Part shown: in pieces, positions 24,601 through 36,900 of the stretch
Layout of the letters: every line of letters starts with the position of its first letter
Position numbering within the stretch: position 1 is the stretch's first letter
Assembly (NCBI GenBank): GCA_047967505.1
Contig: CM106538.1
Direction: 5' to 3' (one strand)
From: Dipteris shenzhenensis
Taxonomy: Eukaryota
DNA: 64,000 nucleotides
Notes under the pieces: generated by a model
Told to the model about the DNA's origin: nothing
The model's database searches: none
The model's input: the letters and a program-made list of their open reading frames with translations, nothing else
Program-made: the position numbers and the translations under genes

Positions 24601-27600
24601 GTTGTCGCTTCTCTTTTGGTCTGTTCATGCTCATCGTTTTTCATAAGTAACTACAATTGCATGCATGATTATTAGCTCCAATACCTAACAGTGGTATCAA
24701 AGCGGCGTCATAAGGACCTGTGGAAGTTTGGTTTTTTCAAAGGTTCGTTCTGTGAGGTTCTCAAGTTTTTCTCAGGCTTTTAGGTTCTCTTTAATCGATG
24801 ACAAAGTTTTCACCGACAAGGACGTTCCTAGTCATGTGATCAGTGAGAGCGTAGAAGACTTTTCAGATTTTGGTCGAGACGTGCAAAGGATTTTGATCTG
24901 TTGTGAGTTCCTGGCAGAGTGGATCGATACCTTTGCACAAGGATGGACGCCTGGAGAATAATGCAACTATTGTGGCAATATGTACTTGTTGTGAGATTGC
25001 TGGATTTATAACAGTGGAGGGTTGGCAGAACAAATCGTGGACAATCTCTTGTTTCCAGTCTGTTCATGATCTTTGGAGAAGATTGAATTTGTGATGGGCC
25101 TTTTAAGAACTCTTGGCACATTTCAGAACTGCGTTGAAGCAGTTGTATTAGGTGGTCTCCGGGAGATCACGTTTTCAGGTGTGGAGGGTTATAGTTGGCT
25201 TCTTCTCATTTTTTTGGCCGACTGTTATAGTTCAATTGTTTCCTTCCCTTGTTCGTATTTCGAGGGAATGTTGGCCTTTCCATAGTTTAAAAGCTTTAAG
25301 GCATTGGATTGATCGTTGATGAGGCGCCATCGACTAAGTTACCGAAGTGGGTTGTGATGAACACGACTGGGCCTTTTGAGATCCTAAGCATGTTTTAGAA
25401 TTGCCTGGTAGTGGCGATTGTTTGAAGGTGGCCGGACTCTGTTGTTGAGTTGACCACGTTTTAGATGTTCGGGATGTTTGTGCTCAATTCTTCTTCTAAT
25501 ATTGTCTGTGTCTTTCTCCTCATTCGGTTAAGGGGGGGATTGTTGGCAAGAACCTTCATGGGGTGGCTTTCGGTTTGGTGGTTTCCTATTAGTGATTATG
25601 GCTGGTCGGCTCAGTGTGATTGGGCCATGGAGTAACTTGTTGGTGATTGGCTCTCTAGTGTAGTAACCGTGTGCATGAGAGACAAGTGGCAGCATATGGC
25701 ATGGCAACGAAACCTCTTGGAGGCTGGCTCCAAGAGGGTCGCATGGAAGGGCGGTTCTCTGCTTCTACAAAGCTCATGAAGGATGACACTGTTGAGTCTC
25801 TTTGTGCGGGGCACCATCTGAGCTACTCTTGCTCATGAGAGTCGCTTTCAGCATGTTTCTCTCCAGCTAGTAGAGTCGTAAGAGCAGCTGCTCAATAGGG
25901 TCCGTAGTAGTGTCGATCATCGTGATCCTTTTGCTTTGTATGCCAAAAAACTCAGTAGAGGTGAGGCTGGTTGATCTCAGAGTCTGTCATGATAAATAGA
26001 CCTTTTTTGTTCTACATATGTTGTCGCTTCTCTTTCAGTTCAAGATTCTGTTCATGCTCATCATTTTTCGTAAGTAACTACAATTGCATGCATGATTATT
26101 AGCTCCAATACCTAACAATATAAGGGGCCCTTGGCCCCTCTTTTGGCATTCAATCTCCAGCATCCGAGCAGCTCTCCATCCCCTTGGTCGTGCCGTCTTT
26201 GCAGCGTTGGAGGTCCAGCACAAGTGAGACCAAGAGCAGATACTTCTCTAGCATCAGCAGTTTCTCATGACCTGGTCACACTTCCTCTCCCAATCAGCAG
26301 CTAGCATTGTAATTCCATCATCCGCTCAGGGGCCTTCCACCATAGAGCACAGTGTAGTGGACCACCCACAGCCAGTTCTTTATCTGCTCAGGAGTCTTCC
26401 ATCTCCGAGCATAGTTCCATGGACTATTCTGCAGCAGTTCAGACATCGGCTTCTCTTGGGTCTACCAATTCAGGGGACCATTCAATTTCCCAAAACCCAT
26501 TCGACTTAAGAACACTGACTGAATGATCCCCTCTGGTGTGAACCCCAAGAGAATAAGATACTGAAACTGGATGATCCCCATGGTTGGTAGACTCAAGAGG
26601 CTCATCATGTGTGCATGTTGACTGAGCTGAGATAGCCTCAGGGATGGAAGACCCCCGAATTGAGGAACTGTATGCAGCTATTATGACAACTTATTTGGTT
26701 TAAAAAGCCATAATTGGCATAATTTGTTGCAGTTTAGGGTTATAATCGTCCAACAGCTTTACCATATCCAGTTTGTTCCTATGATCTTCCACCTAGGGAG
26801 AGCAGCCAGCTGGATCAGCTTATCAGGGGAGCATACAGTTTTCATAGTTATTTGTCATGAGTCCTCCTCCCTTGAAGACAGACCCATCAGCAGTTACAGT
26901 ACATGAACTTCTTGGGTCCACCACCAAAGGGGGGTTGACTAGTTCCACAGTGAGTTATTTTGGGGCTTCGGCATAGGAGGACACCCCAGACTCAGCAGAT
27001 AGGTGTGATGGGTTTCCACCCATCAGACCTTTTCATCAACTACAGTAAATTCCTATAGGTCTTCCCACCCTTGGAGCTTCATTGGCCACATCAGATTTAG
27101 AAAAGCTTATTCACATTTCACCTTCATCAAGAGTTTTCAGGACTAGTGAGCTCAATTTTCAGTCCCACTCGCCTTGAAGCTCAGCAAGAGGGGGCGTCTC
27201 AGGAGCCTGCCGGACTAGTTTTAGGCCTAGCAAGAGGGAGTACCCTCACAATTGGAGTAGTAGCAGGTAAACTATCAGCAGTACGGAGATTACGATTCCT
27301 CGGCAGATACTCAGTTCCCTCCACAGTTCCCCTTAATCACTTTTTTAGGGAGGCAGCAGTTGCACTACTTGTTAGTAGACAGATTGGCGATGCCTTACCA
27401 TTATTGTGTCCTTCACTCCGGGAGGTTAGTCATACAGTTTCCTCTTCATCAGATCTTGAGCCACCAGCAATAGCAGTGACAAATGTCCTCACCGTCAGTT
27501 CCCTTGGTGTGGGCAGCAATTCAATCGATTCATCGGAGGTGTGCTCTTCAATTGGGTTCCTCTCTGTGTTCCTCCGAGAGGCATCATCAGCTTTACATAG

Positions 27601-27912
27601 TTTTTCAGTCTTTCGAGGAGCATCTATTCCTTCCATCTCAGTTATTTTGAGATGCCGCTATTTGATTCGAGGTGTTCTCAGCAATCCCGGACATCTCACA
27701 ATCTTTTTAAGCAACATCCCAATTAGTACATTTGTAATGAAGGGGGGTGAAAGGGCCAATTTAGAGGCCCTTTAGAGTCCTTTTAGGTGGAAAATGTGGA
27801 GGGACTATATAAGTCCCCATCCACCCCTTATTGTACACTTTTGATGTGACCTCTAATCCTATCTACTCCCACTTCCTTCCTCCTAGGTGTAGCCTACCCT
27901 CTCTTCCCCAAT

Positions 27913-27947
<35 letters not shown>

Positions 27948-30900
27948 TCTCTCTCTCCCCCCCCCCCTTGTTTGCCATCTTTAGCCCTTCACCAAATCTG
28001 CCCCTTCTCCTTCATTACATTGGTATCAAAGCGCTTTCTTGGGCCTGGTTCACAAACGCCCTGCCCACAGCCACAGATGAACTAAGCCAGAAGCTTCACG
28101 CTGTCATCCCAATACTCATCCATGAAAAGAGTGCCAAATCTCTATTATCGGAGGGCTAGCCCATAAGGCAAACCGTAGTTTTGAAGGGAGCATTGGCGCT
28201 CTCAAGCACTATTCCAAAAGCTACGAAAGGAACAGGCATCCATCATCGCTTTAGTGGAGCATCTCTCCTAGGCACATGCTGGCCTGAAAAAGATCAGTTC
28301 CGAAGCAGGCATGAAAGCTTGCATGTCAGAGATGCTCTTTCTCATCGTTGGTTTCGCACTAAGATTTGCTTCACCGCTTAAGCAAGAGAACCAGAAGCTT
28401 GATTTAGCTTATGGACGATAGAGCCTGTTGAAGATTTGGAACGAAAGGCTCCACACTAAAGCACTTTCGGAGTGTGTGCACCCAGAACTACTTCAATCCC
28501 TCGAGCTGCCAGTCCAAATAACGACGATGGAAGGTTGAAAGCTGTTGAAGAACGCACGTAATGAAGGTCAGCAAGGGGACCACTGAGACAATCACGATGT
28601 TTTTTCTACTCCACACAAGGGTTTTATGGCAGATGCCCACTGTGATTATGAGCAACGGTCTTCTGGACCGTTACATGTGTCCCAACATGGGCTTGGATGA
28701 TGCATTCTCTCTGCCACAGAGCACCTTCTTGCAAGATGTCAGTCCATCTTTTGGCTCACAATTTTCTGCATCCATGCAGGCTGAGCTGTCTCTTTTAAGC
28801 CGACCTGTTGGTATGCATCTAGTTAGTGCTCCTTTCACCGCACCAGCAAATATGCCTGGAGCTAGTTTTGGTTCATATGGCAGCCCACACCCTTGGGAGA
28901 GAGGTCCATCCTCTTCTCAGCCCTTTGGCATGCCATCATTTAGGAGAGATGCATTTGGCAAAGAGACCCAGACAGGAGTTCATGCACCTATAGCTCCGCC
29001 AGTGAGCACATACAACCAGACGCAACCGTGCATTAGATGGCAACAACTACTATGCAACAGGGGGTTAGTGGTGGGCAACAAGCCACTTTTGATGAAATGC
29101 TGGCAGATTCCTTGCGTTTATATAAGGCCCTACCTGAAGCCTATCAAACTTGAGATGTCTTTCTCCAATTATGTGAACCTCAAGCGTGATGATGCCCGCA
29201 CTTCTGGAGGTTACGCACACCGGAATTTTGCAGCCAAGGATGTCAAGGACAAACTCACAGTGCATAAGTTCAAGGGGACACTCGCACACCTAATGAGCTG
29301 GAGGAGTGGCTTACGAAGCTGGAAGATTATTTCCGCTTCTACCCAAAGCAGGATGAGGACCGCATAATCTTTGCAGGTATGCACATGCAGGACTATGCAC
29401 ATACTTGGTGGCGTTATATGAGGGCCTCACCTCAGAGGCCAGCCACATGGAAGGAGTTCAAGGAGTTGATGATTACTACCTTCGTATCCCCTCTCATCTT
29501 GGATCAGTACTTGGCTAAATTCTATGCATTGTCGCAGACTGGTACATTCCAAGAGTACTTGCAGCACTTTTGGAGGCTTTCCTTGTTTGTACAGGACGTA
29601 TCTAAGAAAGCGAAGTTGCTGCGTTTCATCCAAGGATTGAGTCTTTCCCTAGCTACAGATGTGAAGGCACATAACCCTCCAACAATTGAGCGTGCAGCCC
29701 AATTGGCAGAGGTATTTGAGCCTAAATATGCCAACAAGTATAAGATGCCAGTGGGCACCATACAAGAATGCAAATGAGGCTGAGAAGAAGCCTAAGGTGA
29801 CTGATTGGAATGATAGGAAATCTTTTGCAGCACCTTTTCCATAGTTTCCTACTCTTTCAGGGAGTAAGATGCCCTATGCTAAGCCATACACGCCATCAGA
29901 TGCCAAGCCAGGAACCAAGCCTACTGCTGGAAATGAAATGAAAAATCAGCAATTCAGCAGTATACCAAGGCCATAATGGACAGCAGGAAGAAAGCAAACT
30001 TGTGCTTTAAGTGTGGCAAGAAATGGACCCCTGAGCATCGGGATGTGTGTAAGATGCGGAACACTGGTTCAGCCAAGCTTAGCATGATCATTGAACTCTC
30101 TAATGATGAGGATTTAGTTGATGCCACAGAGTACTTGGATGCCTCTCATGATCAGATGGCAAGAGCACATGATTCGGACAACGCTCCTGACACTAGAGCC
30201 ATGAAGGGAACTGATTTTCCTTTTAATCTGGGTGGTGCTACTGATCATGATGTTCATGCTATGCAATCACTTGACGTTCAGCACACTCGTGGCATGCGAG
30301 GTCGTAGGCCTACATCTTTTCTTGTGGAGCATCAGGTTGCTATACCTTTTCATGCACGTGAGGATGCTAGTGGTAATGCTCCTATGGACGAGAAGGAGAT
30401 CTATTGGATGCTATCTCTTTTCATGCCTTGATTGATGCCAAACGTGCTGAAACTACCAGATTGAAAGGGATGATTAATGGCAGGACTGCACGTGTTGGTG
30501 GGCAGCGGTAGCACTCACAGTTTTATTAATTGCAAAACCTTACAGAAGGTGGGACTGGTTGCTAGTGAGATAGATCATGGGCTGAGAGTAGAGGTGGCAA
30601 ATGGACAGCATATGATCAGGGCCCAATAGATGTTGTCCTGGTCTGTGATTGGTTGAATCATTGGGCAAAATCGTGCATCTCACTAAATCTGCCATGGCGA
30701 TCTAAGACCATCTGACCCTCGAGCTGCTCCTGCGAGCCTCCCCTCCCCTCCCGCAACCTCTACCTCCCCCTAACTCCTCCTCGCCTCGACCACCCCCGCC
30801 CCCCTGCCTCTCCGCCCTCACCCCCCCTCACCCGCCGCCTCACCTCGCCGCTGCCGCTGCGCCCCCCTCGCCTTCCGCTCTCACCCCCCCTCGTCCCCCT

Positions 30901-33900
30901 CCACTCTCACCCCTCGCCTCTCCGCTCCCTCACCCCCTCGCCCCTCCGCCTCACCCCGTCTCACGCCGCCCCCCCTCGCTACGCCTCACCCCCCCTCTCG
31001 CCGCTCCGCCTCACCCCCCCGCCCCCTCGCTCCACCCACCCCGCCGCCCCCCCCTCGCTCCACCCGCCCCACCGTCCCACTCTGCTCCTCCCCCGCCCCA
31101 CCGCTTCACCCCCCCCGCCCCCTCACCACACCGCCCCCGCCCCTCCCGCCCTTCCGCTCCACCCCCACCCTTTCACCCCGCCCTTCCGCCCCCGCCCCTC
31201 CCACCCTTTCGCTCCGCCCCGCCCCTTCCATCTCGCCCTTCCACCCCGCCCCCTCCCGCCCTTCCGCCCGCCCTGCCTCTCCCCCGCTCCCTCCTCCTCA
31301 CCTCACCCGCTCTCCGTCCTCACTCCCCCACCCCGCGCCACCTCCGCCTCCCGGCCTCCCGCCCCGTTTCCTCCGCCCTCCGCCCTCCTTCCTCCCCGCT
31401 TTCCGCCTCCGCACCCGTCTTCTTCACACCCAGGCTCCACTCTCCCACATCTATCCCCCCCTTTTTTTGGGTGCAGCCTCTTCTTCATCGGAAGCCTCGC
31501 AGTTTGTCTTGGCGGTATGGCGGCTCCCTGCCCGGAACCGGAGGCCCAGTCGGACCCTCCCTCTCCAGATGCCTACCGCGTCATCCTGACAGAGCAACAA
31601 TCGTCTCGGGTTCAGGAGGTTGCCAATGACTTTGCCCTTACCTCTGTTTATGGCAGAGTCATTGGACATTCCCCCTCCAGATCAGCCATCGGGGACTAGC
31701 TCCTAGTCCACTCTCATGCTAGAGGACGGCCATATTGAGGAGGTGGCCCTTATGGGAAGGGGCATCTTCTGGCTCAAACTCTCCAATGCGAAAGCTGCGA
31801 GCAACCTGATTGCTGGTTCCCCCACGTCGGTGGATGGAAAGATTATTATGATAGTCCCGTGGTACCGTGGATTCAACGCAGTGGATTTTTGGGACTCTTT
31901 CATCTTCGCGACTGGGGGTAGGGACAGTTGGAGAGACCCGTCCTTCCGGCGTTGGCACGGGAGCTTGGACTTCTCGTGGGGCTTCCGCAGGGAAGGAGGC
32001 AGACTCCTGGAGAGGCTGGATAGATTTTATGTCAGTGATTGGGCCATCAGCAGAGGCGGTCAGGCGGGTATAGTTCCAAGGACGACACTTTCCGACCATG
32101 CGCCTGTGCTCTTATCATTAGACTCGGCAGTTCAGGCCCTTCCCCCCCGTTCATGCTGGATTCCCGACTCCATCTTCTCGAGGGTGGACGTGCGCAGTAG
32201 TATATGCAGTCTTTGGGACAGAGATTGGGGCGAGTGCGTGGATCTGGTTGATTCGGTGGTGCAGGCTTTGCAAGAGTCCAGCCAGATTTGCCAGCTCGCA
32301 GTCCTACAGGTTCGACAGGAGTGGTGGGGCAAAGAGCGAGCTCTTCGGAGGGACCTCGCCTCCATTCAGCGGCTCCAGCAGGCATCCCCGGGCTCGGAGG
32401 AGCTTCGGATCCAGGCCCTTCGAGCCAGAGCCCTTCTTGAGGAGACCCTCCAGCGCCGCTCAGAGTTTTCCTATCACGCCTCTCTCTCCTTCTGGGCTCG
32501 GAAGGGTGACCGGATGTGCAGGGAGTTCTTCAGGACGCATGGCCAGAGAGCAGCAGGTGATCAGCTTCGGAGTCTCAGGACAACGGAGGGGCACATCGTT
32601 ACGGATCCGGGTGAGGTCTTGGGGTTGGCTACCGACTTCTACAGGACTCTTTTCCAACAGGAGTCGCTTGCCCCTCGCACTCGACGCTCCCGTGAGGAGG
32701 TGTGGAGGCACATTCCTTCCCTGGTCCAGCCCAGCATGCAGGCGACGTTGGCACCGTTCACTACGGACGAGATGTTGGAGGCCTTGATGGCCATCGACGG
32801 GCAGAAATGCCCGGGCGAGGATGGGCTATCCCGGGCATTCTTCACCTCCTTCTGGGATCAGATCCATCAGCCCCTCCTAGCAGCTCTTCAGAGGATTTTC
32901 AGCAGCGGTTATATGCTAGAGAGCCTCTCCTCGGGACTGATTTGCCTCATCCCGAAGGGAGGAGATAGACATGAGATCCGTCAGTGGCACCCGATCACCC
33001 TCCTTACCACTGCCTACAAAATCCTTGCCAAGATGATCAGCGCCAAAGTTCGGCCTCTACTTCCAGACCTCATTCATGACACTCAGACAGGCTTTATCCA
33101 GGATCGCAGTATCCTGGATAATGTCTTCACCTTCTCAGAGGCGGCGGAGTGGGCTCAGCACAGTGGGTCACACCTAGCCATCCTACTTCTCGACTTTGAG
33201 AAGGCCTACGACCGAGTGGACTGGTCCTTTCTGGAGGGGACTCTGGAGCGACTAGGTTTCCCAACAGGATGGATTCATGGTATTTCAGCGTTGTACAGGA
33301 CAGCTTCTAGCAGGGTCATCATTGGCGGCAGGATGGGTGAGCGTTTTCGTCTGGAGAGATCAGTGCGTCAGGGCTGCCCCCTTGCTCCTTACCTGTTTCT
33401 CTTCTTCGCTAAGGCTATGACATACTACCTTCGGGCGAGGTCTACTGGGATCAGGGGTGTTCGCCTTCCACTCCGGGAGGACACGGAGCTCTTGGACTCA
33501 GAGTACGCGGATGACACAGCACTGTATGTCCAGGATGATGAGATGATGCTGGAGAGGTGAGGATGGCCCTAGAGGTCTTCTGTTCGGCTGCCGGTGCGAA
33601 AATCAACTGGAACAAATCAGTTGGCTTTCTCACAGACCCCGGGGCGTGCTCTCAGTGGGGGAGGTTTTTGGGTTTCAGGTGGATTCCGCGGGGACAGACA
33701 ACTAGATATCTCGGTTTTCAGGTCGGCCTGGATATCACGCCAGCTTAGCAGTTTCTCCCGGTGCTAGATTCCATCCGACGGAAGCTGGCTTTCTGGAGCA
33801 CTGCTAAGCTCTCCCTTGCAGGTCGTGCCCTAGTAGTCAACCAGGTCCTCCTAGCCACGGCTTGGTATGTGGCTTCCTGTTGGTGTTTCTCGAGATCCAG

Positions 33901-36900
33901 CGTGGCACAGCTTAGGAGGTTGGTTCGGAACTTCCTTTGGTCCGGGGAGGATGGCCTCAGAGATACCAGAGCCAGGGTTGCTTGGCAGACAGTCATTCTT
34001 CCATAGGCTGAGGGTGGCCTGGGGGTCATCGATCCAGAGCTTCAGAGTCAGGCCTTGTTAGGCAAGCTAGTCATCCGCGGTTTGACCCCGGGGGAGCAAA
34101 CGTGGAAGATGTTACTTCAGTAGGGGGTCGGTTCTTGTGTCCCGTGCCGAGGTGGAGAGTGGCTTCCGTCCCTCAGGTGGATCTTCACTTCCGCCCCGCT
34201 CACTCAGCCCCGCTCCCCACTCGTTCGTAGCCTCCTCATGGTTTGGAGGCGGCTCCGCCTCAATCTCATTCAGTCCCCTCCTAGCTGTCAGGAGGAGATC
34301 GATCGCCAGCCGCTTATCTGGAACGATCAGGTCAGAGATGCCGAGGGCCTTCAGTTGGGGGAGAGATCACACATCAGGTGGGACGGCTGGATGCGGGGGC
34401 CAGCCCGGTCCCTTCGAGTTTGGAGGGACACGTACAGACATTTGGAGACGGCTGATCTTGCAGACGCAACTGGAGGTGCCCGGGGAGCCCAGGCGAGACG
34501 TACGGAGATCGACGGCGCGATTCCAGCTAATTGGTTGGTTCCACCTGAGCTTCAGATCCTCATGCCTGGTGATGACCGTTGGCTGGGACAGTTCACCCCC
34601 CGTGGCATCCCACTGGTGGTCGCAGGGCGGATGGACGACTCCTCTATTTCCTTCTTCGCGGTTATGGGGGATGGACGACTCAGGAGAGAGGATGTGCTCA
34701 TCGACCCCCTACTCCCATGGCAGAGGGTTCGGGTCGTAGGCCTCGTGGGGAAGGTTTGGCGGACCGATCCTAGCATAGAGCAGGATCAGCTGCAGCTTTA
34801 GCGACTCTGGCTCTGGGAGGGGCGGGCCTTGTCAGAGCTTGATTGGGACCCAGGAGAGTGGAGATGGCCAGAGATTGTGACAAGTCAGGGGCCGACCTCT
34901 TTCTTTGCCTACAGCACGACATTGGGCAGGTGTGTTCTCGGGAGGATGCAGAGCCGCCCTCCCACCCAGCGGCCCAGTAGGTATGCACAGCGTATTTCCA
35001 GGTTCTTTTTGCAGGCCTTCTGGAAGGCCTTGTGGGAGAGCTGGCGGCCGCAGAAGATCTCCTACTTCCTGTGGCTTCTTGCCCACAAAGGTCTTCCAGT
35101 GGGGAGCTGGTTGCGGCAGATAGGCCAGGACGGACGTTGTCAGATCTGTCATGAGGATGAGGAGTCACCAAAACACTGCCTATGGAGTTGCACTCACGCC
35201 CAAGAAGTGTGGAGGTGGACTTTCGGGATCCTTACTCGCGCTGCACCGGAGCTAAAATTGATCACTTGGGGCGCGTTCTGCTGGTGCAGCACCGCACCTG
35301 GTTTTCATCACTTATTCGAGGCATGTCAGCAGGACCCCACATTCCTTATCACACAGGGGACGTGGGGGCCACTCGAGAGTATCCCGCAGCACCTGGCAGA
35401 GGCTGACACAGGAGCTCAGGAGAGGCAGCCAGTCTGGGAGATTATTAGCAACATCGCAGGATGGCACATTTGGACCTCGCGGCGCTGCGCGCAGATCCTC
35501 GGTGGCACCTCCTTATCGACTGCCCAGATCATGACTGACATCTGAAGTGAGATTATACATACCCTCAGAGGCCAGTGGGACTAGATACAGGGGGACTCCC
35601 GGGCCGGTCGGGAGAAGCGGAGGCGTTTCCTCCGGGTTTGGGACACACAGGGCCTCTTCTTCGAGCAGGCTTCGCAGGGCCTCCAGTGGCGCTACGCACC
35701 ACCTCTCTGGCTGTTCATTCACACTCGCCTTATCCCTCCGTGAGAGAGAGCTCTATTTTGTTACCTTTTTGGGCTGCGTCCGATTTGTGAACGCAGCCCG
35801 TCAGCTGCAATGCTGACCTCTTGTATCTTGTTTTCGAAGTAATATAATTAGCACTGTTTTTTCGGCCAAAAAAAAAAATCATTGGGCAAAATCAGCATGG
35901 ACCTAAATGCTTTGTCACTCAGCTTGGTCCACACGGTAGATCTGTAACATTGCATAATACTGCAACCCCTAAATTGCAGGTCATTTCAGCAAGGCAGCTG
36001 GCCAGATAGCTCAGGAGGGAGTGTGCCATCTATGCGTGTGTCAGTATCTAAGGATAGATGACCTATTGGATGAACTCATTCACTAAGATTGATTTGAGGT
36101 CACACTACCATCAAACCAGAATGAAACAAGGAGATGAGCACAAGACAACCTTCGCACACAGAGAGGTTTATATGAGTTCAAAGTGAAGCCTTTTGAATTG
36201 ACCAATGCACCAGCTACTTCCCAGGCACTCATGAACAAGATTTTGCAGCCCCTTCTTTACAAATGTGTGTTGGCATTTTTTGATGACATCCTCGTTTACA
36301 GCAAGGATAAGCAGGAACACATCAGTCATGTCAAGCAAGTGCTGGAACTTATGAGGTTGGATTAGCTTTATTCTAAAGCCAGCAAGTGCACTTTCATGGC
36401 AAGAGAGGTTGAGTATCTTGGTCGTATTGTAAGCAGGGATGGAATTCGGGTGGATCCAGCCAAGGTCAAATGCATAAGGGAGTGGCCAAAGCCACAAACC
36501 TCTCTTGATCGTATTGTAAGCAGGGATGGAATTCGGGTGGATCCAGCCAAGGTCAAATGCATAAGGAAGTGGCCAAAGCCACAAAATCCCACCCAACTCA
36601 GAGGCTTTTTGGGTCTTCCTTCTTTTCACAGGAGATTTATTGAACGTTTTGCCAAGAGGGCAGCCCCTCGCACTAACTTGTTGAAAAAGGATGCTTTCAA
36701 GTGGTCACAAGAAGCACAACTCAGTTTTGAGAATCTCAAAGACGCCTTGAGTAACGCACAAGTACTTGTATGCCCGGATTTTTCACGGTCCTTCATTGTA
36801 GAGATAGATGCAAGTGGCAAAGGCCTGGGGGCTGTTCTGAGACAAAAGCATGGAGTTATAGCTTTCAAGAGTAGAAAATTTGAGGCCAAGGAATTGTACT

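Noticed and set aside
27146-27775. 209-aa plus-strand ORF
   Set aside because: No recognisable domain; it runs into the LTR at 27733 and probably lies in unclassified TE debris.
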